Assembly (NCBI GenBank): GCA_964398605.1
Contig: CAYNNH010000006.1
Coordinates: forward strand, 1 to 31,507
From: an uncultured Nitrososphaerota archaeon
Lineage (GTDB): Archaea > Thermoproteota > CAYNNH01
Direction: 5' to 3'
DNA: 31,507 bases
This document shows, one piece after another, positions 22,816 through 31,500 of the stretch (the stretch's first letter is position 1; each line of letters opens with the position of its first letter). The notes under the pieces were generated by a model. That model worked only from the letters and a program-made list of their open reading frames with translations. It did no database searches and had not been told where the DNA came from. The position numbers were made by a program, and so were the translations under genes.

Positions 22816-23745
22816 TTGGAAGTGCGCGTGAAAGAAAGCTTCGAGCGGAAGTATCGCATGCTCCTAGGGGACGAGTATGAACTGTTCTTAGAATCGCTTT
22901 TCAAGCCCTTAAGGGATGCCATTCGCGTTAACACGCTCAAGGTAACAAACGTTGACGCTCTCTTGAGGAGATTAGAAGCAAAGGGGTGGCGTTTGGAGCA
23001 AGTCCCATGGTACCCTCACGGATTCTGGGTTTCGGAAACCGGGGGGAGAATAGGGGCCACCGTCGAGCATTGCTTGGGCTATTATTACGTCCAAGACGCA
23101 GCGTCCATGATCCCGCCCGTCGTCCTCGACCCGAAGCCCGGCGAAGTCATCCTCGACATGTGCGCCGCTCCAGGATCCAAAACGACCCAAATGGCCCAGA
23201 TGATGGAGAACAAGGGCGTCATAATAGCCAACGACCCGAAGACGAAGAGAATTGCGGCTTTAGGGTCGAACATACAGAGGTGCGGGGTCATGAACTGCGT
23301 CATAACCCAGATGGACGGGAGGGCGTTCGGCAAGTTGGGGCCCGTGTTCGACAAGGTGCTCGTCGACGCTCCTTGCACGTGCACGGGAACTATCATGCGA
23401 AGCCCCGAGATCCTCGCTACGTGGGGGCCGTATACGGCGAGGAGCTTATCTAGGCTCCAGAAACAATTGCTTAGGGCTGCTTCGCGTTGCGTGAAGAAGG
23501 AAGGAATCATAGTCTACTCCGTTTGTTCTCTAGAGCCCGAGGAAGGAGAGTTCGTCGTGGACTACGCCGTGAGGAAGCTCGGTTTGGAAGTCGAAGAAGT
23601 GAACGTGGAAGGCCTGAAGGCAAGGCACGGGCTTTCGGAGTGGATGGGGAGAAGGTTCGCCTCGGGAGTCGAGAACTCCTTGCGAGTTTATCCCCACGAC
23701 AATTGGACGGAGGGTTTCTTCGTGGCGAAGCTGGTGAAAGCTTGA
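22816..23745 (+). CDS. NOL1/NOP2/Sun-family RNA (cytosine-C5)-methyltransferase
   Basis: Contains 'VLDMCAAPGSKTTQ' (SAM motif I), 'DKVLVDAPCTCTGT' (motif IV Pro-Cys) and 'IVYSVCSLEPEEGE' (motif VI Thr/Ser-Cys). The start is uncertain: TTG 22816, GTG 22822/22828, or an ATG about 40 nt further in. Confidence 0.88.
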   Translation: MEVRVKESFERKYRMLLGDEYELFLESLFKPLRDAIRVNTLKVTNVDALLRRLEAKGWRLEQVPWYPHGFWVSETGGRIGATVEHCLGYYYVQDAASMIPPVVLDPKPGEVILDMCAAPGSKTTQMAQMMENKGVIIANDPKTKRIAALGSNIQRCGVMNCVITQMDGRAFGKLGPVFDKVLVDAPCTCTGTIMRSPEILATWGPYTARSLSRLQKQLLRAASRCVKKEGIIVYSVCSLEPEEGEFVVDYAVRKLGLEVEEVNVEGLKARHGLSEWMGRRFASGVENSLRVYPHDNWTEGFFVAKLVKA

Positions 23746-24209
23746 AGGAGGTCAGGTTCCTCAGCAAAGGGGAAGTACAGGAGTTGAAGAAGCTCTTGGA
23801 AAGAACGTACGGAGTAAGCGGGGATTTCCTCGAGAAGAAGCTCATCCTCGGAGGAGGGGCCAAGAAGCGCATATGGGTCGCGAGCCCCGACGTGGCCAAA
23901 GTCGATCTATCCGCCTTCAGAGTCGTGAGCGTCGGGCTTTACGTGGGCAGAATAGACCGAGGGAAGCTGAAGCTTAGCATAGAAGGAGCGCAGATGGTGG
24001 GCCCTAAGGCGACGAAGAACGTAGTCGAGCTCGACGAGAAAAGTTTGGAGGATTACTTAAGGGGGGCGTCGGTCCAACCCAAGAGAACCATCGACTGCGA
24101 GGAAGGATCTTACGTTATCCTCAAGTGCGGGGACGATTACGCGGGAGGGGGCATGTTCAAAAACGGTAGGGTGATTAATAATTTGCCCAAGGGAAGGCTG
24201 CTCCCGTGA
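23742..24209 (+). CDS. Nip7-like pre-PUA/PUA domain RNA-binding protein
   Basis: 155 aa from TTG 23742, which forms a TTGA overlap with the methyltransferase stop. The layout 'RFLSKGEVQELKKLLERTYG...', 'GLYVGRIDRGKLKLSIEGAQMV' and the C-terminal 'GSYVILKCGDDYAGGGMFKNGRVINNLPKG' matches Nip7/UPF0113. The ORF-track extension to 23487 lies inside the methyltransferase gene. Confidence 0.72.
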   Translation: MKEVRFLSKGEVQELKKLLERTYGVSGDFLEKKLILGGGAKKRIWVASPDVAKVDLSAFRVVSVGLYVGRIDRGKLKLSIEGAQMVGPKATKNVVELDEKSLEDYLRGASVQPKRTIDCEEGSYVILKCGDDYAGGGMFKNGRVINNLPKGRLLP

Positions 24210-24213
24210 GAGC

Positions 24214-24927
24214 ATGGAAGTGAGTAGGCACGTCCTCCCCAGTTACGAAATCCGCGTGTTTAGGGAGAGCAAGCTAAAAGAGCCTGTTCTAGTCACGGGA
24301 TTGCCTGGCTTTGGCGGAATAGGGACGGAAGTTGCCAAAATGCTCGTAAGGGAAACCGAGGCGAATAAAATAGCGGAAATTTTCTCGCCCTACTTCCCCG
24401 ACCACGTGATCATAAGAAGCGACGGAACGTGCCGACTTCCCTCGTATAGGGTGTACGCTTCTTCCGCCGTCTCGCCCAACCTGCTCATCCTGACGGGGGA
24501 TTACCAACCCCTCCCCGAGAATGTCCATGTCCACTACGAGCTCTGCCGACAGGTTCTCGAGCTCGCGAAGAGCTTCCAAGTACGTTACATACTCACGGTA
24601 GGTGGCTTTCCCGTCCCCAACAAGCTCATCATGGACTTGTTGCCCGCGAGGTTGAAGGAGGATGTCGAGAGCGGAAAACGCATTTTCGTCGCGTCTTCTT
24701 CGGAAGACCTCTTGAAAGAGCTCGTCAAACAAGGGGCCGCCATCTACAGGCAGGGAAGGATATATGGGGCCACCGGGCTCATCGTGGGGCTTGCTAAGGA
24801 AGAAGGAATACCGGCGGCGGCCGTTCTGGGAGTGACGTTCCAAGACGTGTTGGCGCCTACCCCCGATAGAGAAGCGAGCGTCATGGTCTTCAACTTCCTC
24901 GTGAGGTTCCTAGGGCTTAAGACTTAG
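24214..24927 (+). CDS. PAC2-family (proteasome assembly chaperone-like) protein
   Basis: 237-aa ORF. 'PVLVTGLPGFGGIGTEVAKMLV' and the later 'GATGLIVGLAKEEGIPAAAVLG' resemble the PAC2 family pattern. Confidence 0.68.
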   Translation: MEVSRHVLPSYEIRVFRESKLKEPVLVTGLPGFGGIGTEVAKMLVRETEANKIAEIFSPYFPDHVIIRSDGTCRLPSYRVYASSAVSPNLLILTGDYQPLPENVHVHYELCRQVLELAKSFQVRYILTVGGFPVPNKLIMDLLPARLKEDVESGKRIFVASSSEDLLKELVKQGAAIYRQGRIYGATGLIVGLAKEEGIPAAAVLGVTFQDVLAPTPDREASVMVFNFLVRFLGLKT

Positions 24928-26245
24928 CGAACCAGGGCTCGCTCAAGCGAGAAGGGGGACGTTTCTTCTCCCTCCCATATCGGCAATAGGGCTTGGTTAG
25001 GTGCCTCTGAGCCTTGGGGTCGGGGAGATAGATGGTCCTGCGCAGTTTCCTCTCCACCCGAACCCGCACTTTCGAGGCTGAGGGATTTCTGAAGCCGCAC
25101 TTCTTGCAACGCATGCCTTGGCCCCGCCCCATCGACTCCATGCGCCCCCCACAAATGGGGCACTTCGGGTTCACGTACTTGTACAGGGGCTCCAAGTGCA
25201 CGACTTTGAGCTTCTCTAGGTTTACGGTGAGGCCTACCCCCTCTACCCTCTTGATCCCCCCGAGGACTTCGATCACGTCGCCCTCGATGAGCATGGAACA
25301 AGCCCTTCTCAGCCTCCCCGTGGGCTCGTAGGCGGCGCAGTCGACCGACCGATAAGCGTCCCCGATGGCGAATATGACGTGCTTCCCGGGGATCGTGCGC
25401 GGCGGAATTACAACGCGAGCCCTCAAGCGGATGGGAACGTTTTCCTTCAACTTCTTCAAATCTCGTTCGATAGCGTGGGCTTCTGTCCCCTGATTCGTCC
25501 TGAAAATGACCCATCTCTCCCAGGGCTCTTCCAACTTCAGCGTTTCGAAGGCCTTGCGCAAAACTTCGGGACTTTCCCCTCGGATCCCCAAGAGAACGGG
25601 ATCGGGTCCTCGAGGGGTGATGAGGGTGCGGCGGTTCTTCCAGTCGTAGTTGTTGAAGGTAACGCAACCCATGAGCCTGTCCACGAGCTTCACGGACTCC
25701 TCCGACACCTTCCTAGGCTTCCCCCAATTCTCCCTCTTCCGATAGGCGATGAGTTCGTACGTGTGGTCGCCCTCGAGAGTTTCCCCTATGGCGGCGAGAG
25801 CCCCGATGATTCCCCTTCTCTCTTTCATCCCCTTCACCAAAACGTCGTGCTCCTTCGCCAGTTTGAGCGCCTTGGATAGCGGGACGATTTCCCTTTCCAC
25901 GGCCTTCGCGAATTCCTTGATGGCCTTAGGGACTTCTTTCCCGAAGTAGAAAGCGACGCCTGGGTGGGTTAGGGGGTCTTCTGGGTAAGAATTCTCCTCC
26001 ACAACGTCCAACGTGATGTCAATTGCCTCCTCTAAGATGTCCCGCTCCCCGAAAATCCTCAAGCACACGGCCCCGTTCCCCCGCGTCTTCCAAGGGATGT
26101 TGGGGTTGAGGCGGATTAAGTTGGGGTAATCTGAGAAGCGTAAGCCTAGATCGAGGAACTCCTCAACGAGTAGGGCGGCGACGTAAGTCGTGCAACCTCC
26201 TTTATGAGAGTCCGTGTCGTCGATCCCCACGTGCAGGTATTCCAT
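24917..26245 (-). CDS. tiaS: tRNA(Ile2) 2-agmatinylcytidine synthetase
   Basis: Has the N-terminus 'HVGIDDTDSHKGGCTTYVAALL', a central OB-fold-sized region, and the zinc ribbon 'CPICGGRMESMGRGQGMRCKKCG'. This is the TiaS/DUF1743 architecture. Confidence 0.87.
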   Translation of the reverse strand: MEYLHVGIDDTDSHKGGCTTYVAALLVEEFLDLGLRFSDYPNLIRLNPNIPWKTRGNGAVCLRIFGERDILEEAIDITLDVVEENSYPEDPLTHPGVAFYFGKEVPKAIKEFAKAVEREIVPLSKALKLAKEHDVLVKGMKERRGIIGALAAIGETLEGDHTYELIAYRKRENWGKPRKVSEESVKLVDRLMGCVTFNNYDWKNRRTLITPRGPDPVLLGIRGESPEVLRKAFETLKLEEPWERWVIFRTNQGTEAHAIERDLKKLKENVPIRLRARVVIPPRTIPGKHVIFAIGDAYRSVDCAAYEPTGRLRRACSMLIEGDVIEVLGGIKRVEGVGLTVNLEKLKVVHLEPLYKYVNPKCPICGGRMESMGRGQGMRCKKCGFRNPSASKVRVRVERKLRRTIYLPDPKAQRHLTKPYCRYGREKKRPPSRLSEPWFAKS

Positions 26246-26661
26246 TATAGGGCCCTAACTGAGCTCTTCGCCCCGCAAGCGTCGCATATCATGAAGTAAA
26301 ACCTCTTCTCGCGGACGATTCGCGTGTCGGGCCTCTTGCAGACGGGGCATATGACGTAGTCCTTGATAAAGGTCTTCAGAACGTCCTGAATTATCTCGGG
26401 TGGGAAATCCCCTTGGAGGACGAGGTTGTTGCCCTTCATCATTCCCATGGTGCCGAGTTCTTTGAGGACGAACTTCATGACGAACTTGAGGTTGCGGTTG
26501 AGGGCGTTGCAGAAGCCCGTGAAGTTCTCGATTACCGTCTGATTCCCGAAGTTGAGGATGTCGACTCTCGGCGGCGTAAAGCGGGATGTGTGCGTTCTGC
26601 GCTTGGGCAACTGGGCGTAAAGTCGGTCCAATAGCTCCTTGTACTCGCGGATGGAAGACAT
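26245..26661 (-). CDS. eif2b: Translation initiation factor aIF-2 beta subunit
   Basis: 138-aa ORF with 'LDRLYAQLP', 'TVIENFTGFCNALNR', 'DYVICPVCKRPDTRIVREKRFYFMICDACGAKSSV' (C4 zinc ribbon). The stop overlaps the tiaS start by 1 nt. Confidence 0.9.
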   Translation of the reverse strand: MSSIREYKELLDRLYAQLPKRRTHTSRFTPPRVDILNFGNQTVIENFTGFCNALNRNLKFVMKFVLKELGTMGMMKGNNLVLQGDFPPEIIQDVLKTFIKDYVICPVCKRPDTRIVREKRFYFMICDACGAKSSVRAL

Positions 26662-26680
26662 CCATTACATGCGAAGGGGA

Positions 26681-26690
26681 GCTTAATACT
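26681..26690. promoter_or_regulatory. Central AT-rich TATA-like element (GCTTAATACT) shared by divergent aIF2-beta and mtaD genes
   Basis: The intergenic region is only 51 nt. TTAATA (26683-26688) is centred about 25 nt from ATG 26661 (minus strand) and about 27 nt from ATG 26713 (plus strand). This is the spacing expected for leaderless archaeal transcripts. Confidence 0.35.
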
Positions 26691-26712
26691 TTGACTTAGG
26701 CGAATATTTGGG

Positions 26713-27972
26713 ATGGAATGGCTGATTGGAGCGAGATACGCGTTAACGCCTCGCAAAAAGCTCACAAACGCCGGAGTAGTTGTGGAAGAAGGAGTAATCG
26801 TGGAAGTTGGGGACTTCGAGAAGTTGAAGCACAAATACCCCAGATACGAGCGAATAGGCGGGCGCGAATACTTGCTCGTTCCGGGATTCGTGAACGCCCA
26901 CACCCACGTTGCCATGACTCTTTTCCGCGGGGTAGAGGACGACAAGCCGTTGAACGCTTGGTTGAGGGAGGCGGTATGGCCTAAGGAGGCGAAGTTGAGG
27001 CCCGAAGATTGTTACGCTGGAGCTTTGCTCGGTTGCCTAGAGATGGTTCTCAACGGGGTCACGTGCTTCCTCGACATGTATTTTTACGAAGAGGAGGTGG
27101 GAAAAGCGGCAAAAGAAGTGGGCATAAGGGCTTTCTTGGGCGTCGGCGTAATAGATTTCCCTCTGCCCGACGCGAAAACGCCCAAAGAAGCCTTGAAAAA
27201 CGCCGAGAAACTCCGCAAAAAAGGCTATAGAGTCGTTATTTCCCCCCACTCCCTCCTAACGTGCTCAAAGGAAACTCTGGAGATGTGCAAGGAAGCGGCC
27301 AAGGGAGACGTGATTCACATGCACGTGTCGGAAACCGAAGAGGAAGTTGAAAGGGTGAAGAGGAAATACGGGAAGCCCCCCTTCTTCGTCCTAGAAGAGT
27401 TAGGGATGCTCGAGAAGCTGGTCGCGGCGCACGCTACGTGGATTTCGCGCGAAGAACTTCGATTGGTTGCCGAGCGTGAGTGTTCCCTAGTCGCTTGCCC
27501 GAGCGCCGCCATGAAGCTATCTTACGGCCGCGTCGTGCCCGTCGTCGACGCCTTGAACGTGGGGGCGAACGTCTGCCTAGGGACTGATGGGGCGGGTAGC
27601 AACAACAGGCTCGACATCTTGCTCGAGGGGAGGGAAATCCTGCTTTACGCGAAGAACGCTTGGGGAGCCGAGTCCTTGAAAGCGGAGCAAGTCCTAGAGT
27701 TCATGACGTCCACGGGGGCGAAAGCCCTCGGCCTGAATGCGGGGGAAATTAAGGAAGGAAGGGAAGCGGATCTCGTGCTAATCAACATGGACAAGCCCCA
27801 CTGGACGCCTTGTTATGATCCTTGCTCCAACTTGCTGTACGCTTCCTTAGCCTCCGATGTCGATTGCGTCTTCGTGAAAGGCGAACTCATCGTCGAGGGA
27901 GGGAAGCACAAGAAGCTCGAACTGGAAAAGGTTGCGGGCCTAGTCGAGAAGGCGAAGAACAGGTTAGCGTAG
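26713..27972 (+). CDS. mtaD: Amidohydrolase, 5-methylthioadenosine/S-adenosylhomocysteine deaminase-like
   Basis: Contains 'LVPGFVNAHTHVAMTLFRGVEDDKPLNAWL', 'HMHVSETEEEV', 'LGTDGAGSNN' and 'EADLVLI' motifs of the MtaD/DadD subgroup of metal-dependent deaminases. Confidence 0.84.
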   Translation: MEWLIGARYALTPRKKLTNAGVVVEEGVIVEVGDFEKLKHKYPRYERIGGREYLLVPGFVNAHTHVAMTLFRGVEDDKPLNAWLREAVWPKEAKLRPEDCYAGALLGCLEMVLNGVTCFLDMYFYEEEVGKAAKEVGIRAFLGVGVIDFPLPDAKTPKEALKNAEKLRKKGYRVVISPHSLLTCSKETLEMCKEAAKGDVIHMHVSETEEEVERVKRKYGKPPFFVLEELGMLEKLVAAHATWISREELRLVAERECSLVACPSAAMKLSYGRVVPVVDALNVGANVCLGTDGAGSNNRLDILLEGREILLYAKNAWGAESLKAEQVLEFMTSTGAKALGLNAGEIKEGREADLVLINMDKPHWTPCYDPCSNLLYASLASDVDCVFVKGELIVEGGKHKKLELEKVAGLVEKAKNRLA

Positions 27973-28485
27973 GAAGCCCCTTTCCTTAAGGGCTTTCAGG
28001 ATAGCCTCGGCGCACTCCTCGGGGCTCATTTTGTCCGTTTCCACAACGACTTCCGGGCGTTCTGGGGGCTCGTAGGGGGCGCCCACGCCAGGCAGATTTG
28101 GGGCCTTGCCCGAGAAAGCCGCTTTGTATAGGCCTTTCCTATCCCGCTCGATGCAGACCTCCAAGGGACACTTCACGTAGACCTCGAGGAACTTCGGCAT
28201 GACTTCTCTCGCCCTCGAGCGGTACTTCCTCCTGTTAGCGGTGGCGTCGAAAATGACGTTAATGCCGTTGTCAACGAGCAACTTGCCTATGAAGACCATC
28301 GTCGAGTAGAACCAGTCCCTTTCCTCCTCGGAGTATGTGGGCTTCGGCGTTAGCACTTTCCTCAGTTCGTCCGACTCTAGGATTTGGACTTTCACGCCCA
28401 AACTCTTCAATTTCTCCGCCAACTTCTTCGCCACTGTTGACTTACCGGAAGCTGGAAGCCCAGTTATCCAAATGGCCCACGCCAC
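27964..28485 (-). CDS. Adenylyl-sulfate (APS) kinase-family P-loop kinase
   Basis: Contains 'WITGLPASGKSTVAKKL' (P-loop) and 'ERDRKGLYKAAFSGKAPNLPGVGAPYEPPERPEVVVET', which closely follows the APS-kinase C-terminal pattern. The usual 'LDGDN(I/V)R' is 'LESDELR' here. Confidence 0.72.
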   Translation of the reverse strand: MAWAIWITGLPASGKSTVAKKLAEKLKSLGVKVQILESDELRKVLTPKPTYSEEERDWFYSTMVFIGKLLVDNGINVIFDATANRRKYRSRAREVMPKFLEVYVKCPLEVCIERDRKGLYKAAFSGKAPNLPGVGAPYEPPERPEVVVETDKMSPEECAEAILKALKERGFLR

Positions 28486-28501
28486 TAAAAAAAGAGGGAG
28501 C

Positions 28502-31500
28502 TTATTCTTCTTCCTCGCGGACGGGGATCTTGGCTAGTATGATGGCGATGGCGAACGTCATCAGCAACGCCACCGTCAGCCACGTCCAAGCGGGGGAGCT
28601 GACGAAGACCCTCCGGACTGGAGTAACCGCCTTGTTGCCCGCGAGGTCGTATACGACAGCATACCACGTGTGGAGACCCGCCGTTAACGGAACTTCCATC
28701 TCGTAAGCGTCTCCTCGCTTCTCCATGATGCCCACGAAACGCCCATCCACGTAGAGCTCCACCCTGTCGATCCCGAAGTTATCCTCGGCTTTCACGAAGA
28801 ACAGGACATTTAGTGGTCCAACAGTGCCTCCTCCGCCCGAGGAGGACGTGCCGTAAGATACGACATGAGGTTTGCTCGTATCGATCGTTATATTGTAAAC
28901 TTGCGAGTACTTCACCGTCCCGTCGGCTAGCTTCAGTTTCGCCCAGAACTTATAGGAGCCTTCTGGGAGGGTAACTGTGCCTTCCGAGATGAGCCAACTC
29001 CCTATGGTTTGCTTCTTCTGGAGCGCCGCCATGTACTGTCCTTTGACGAACAGCTCTATGCGGCGGATGTTCGTCGCATCGATTCCTGTAATGTTGAGCT
29101 TGAAGTTTACGGTCTTCCTCGGCAAGTAGGTCGCGTTCTTCGGCTCGCAGAAGACTATGTTGGTGTCGTACGTCGTGGGTTCGGAGTGAGGCCCAGCGAC
29201 GGACGGGTCAACGGAGTACTGATAAGTGGCGGACCCGTAGGAGTTCAGGTTGCTGTCGTAGGCGATGAACCAGAATTCCTTGTCCGTCGGCGCGGAGAAC
29301 TCATAAAGGCCTGGGTTCCAGCCGAAGCAACCCATGTAAGATCCTCGGACGTAGCGCTCGATGCGCACGCAATCCTGGAGCGTCACGTTCAGGAGAACCT
29401 TCACGGGGCTGAGGGGGAGGGTTCCGGTCTCGAAGGGAGGCTCGATGACCTCGAAGTAGCCGCTGTCGGTCGGGGCGGAATGGGGCCCGCTAGCGGCCGA
29501 AGGATCGTACGTGAATGTCCAGTTCGCCGACCAGTAGTAATTGCCGTTCTGGTCGTACGCCTTGACCATCCAAGAGTGCTCTCTGGCCGCTAGACCGACG
29601 GTCTTTTCGTAGAACGTGTGCGTCGTGCGAGTCATAGTTCCAGCGTATTGCCCGTCCACGAAAAGCTCGACACGCTTAACTTCTAATCCCCCAGTAGCCG
29701 TTACGTTCGCCAAGAAGCAGACCCCTTCGTTTACCGTGGATCCGTTGGGTGGCTCGATGAGCTCTATGATTATTTGGGCGCCTGTCAGCTCGAACGTGGT
29801 AGTCGTGCCGTTCCATCCCTCCTCGGCGGTCGCGTTGACGATGACCAAGTACGTTCCCGCGACCTGTCCCGACGAATCCCACTGGTATTCGTAAATGCGC
29901 CACCCTTCGCCGCCGCTGGACGCGCCACCCGTGGTTGCGGTCGCCGTCATGAGGGCGTTGTCCACTACTTTGGCGCCCGAGGGGTTCTTGATGGTGATGT
30001 TCGCGTAATCTATGAGGTCGTAGCCGTAGGAGTAGCAAGCGTTGAGGTAGATGTAGACGGTTTCGCCGACGGTGTAAGAAGATTTGTCCGTCCAGGCGGT
30101 GAAGTTCGTGAAGCAACGGTAAATGGCGGTAGTCGCAATGTCAAAGGAGGCGGAAAGGGGCTCGCAGTAAGCGTCATCCCCCGCGAATACTTTCGCCGTG
30201 TAGGTCCCCGTCGTGGCCGTCGCTTCGTAAGACCACGTGAACTCGAAGATGGCCCACCCGAAGCCTCCCTCCGCCGAGCCGCCAGTTCGGATGACCGACA
30301 TGGATTGATTGGTGATGAGCGACCCATCGGGAGCGAAGATTGAGGCGTTCGTCCAGAGTATGTAATTGTAGCCAGCGGTGCACGTCACGTTCGCCCTCAC
30401 GACGACCTTCCTCCGCTCAGCAGGCCAATCGGTTGAGAAGACGGTTTGCTTGAAGCCGTCGACATTATATGTCTTCACCCACTCGACTTTTATCTTGCCC
30501 AAGAAGACGTCGAGGCACATGTCGACCCAGTGATCCTCCGTTGGATATTCGTCGTTGCTTACATCCGAATCTCCCCAAACGTTGTAGACTTCGCCCGCTA
30601 TCGGAGAAGCGGACATTCCAAAGGTGGGGTAGCCGGGAGCTACATCTCGCACGTTCGAGGCGGTAATGTCATGTATGCCTCCGTCCTGGTTGGCGAAGCT
30701 CATCACCCACACCCGGACCTTTCCATCCAGCATGCCTTGGAAGAACTCGAGGGGTATCGCCACCTCCGTCGCGTTATGACCGCCGGATCCGTAGCTGTAG
30801 CCTATGGCCCCGAGATATCCTTCGTACGAGCTGTTCTTGACCCAAGCCTTCCCTGTGCTGGCTCCCAAGTTAACGTAGACTTCGTGGGTCCACTTCCAGG
30901 CGCCATCGTGCTCGTAGTACTCGTCCCCCGTGTACCCCAAGGGAGATAGCGTGTCACCCTGCGTGGTGATGTTCCCGAGCTCCGCGTCGGATCCGGAGCC
31001 GCCTGTGGAAGCCCCTCCCTCGGTCTGGGATGGCTTCCATATCCACGTGTCGACGCCGTCGTTTGGATTGTCCGGCGTCACGTCGAAGCAGACCACGTAA
31101 CAGGGGCCGTACTCCACGGACCAGCCGCACACTTTTATGAGCATTAAGAGGTGGGTGTCGTTCATGGCGAAGCGAACTTCGCCCAAGTCGAAGCACTCCA
31201 TGTCATCGCTCCAATAGGGGTCGACGCGTTGATCCCCATACACGTCGTCGATCACGTACTCGTTACCCTTGCTCCAATCGTGCACGTAGCCGTAGTTCGG
31301 CGAGTCGTGGAACCACTTGAAACTAATAACAAGGTCGTTGCTTCGGTCGATCCAGCGGTCTTCGTTGGGATAAGCTTCGTTCCCGGCCGCATCTTCGTTG
31401 TCCCATACTTCGCCATCGGGCGTGCACCCCCACGTGGGGTTCTGGCCAGCTACGTCGCGAACATCGGAGAACCACGTCTCGACAATTTCATGAGAGGACG

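Noticed and set aside
24924-25667. 247-aa alternative-frame ORF on the same strand inside tiaS. Similar cases are 4759-5349 inside the MBL hydrolase gene and 26255-26665 inside the aIF2-beta gene.
   Set aside because: The translations are Arg/Gly/His/Pro-rich, as expected from out-of-frame reading of GC-rich codons. The primary frames carry clear family motifs. Nothing suggests genuine overprinting.
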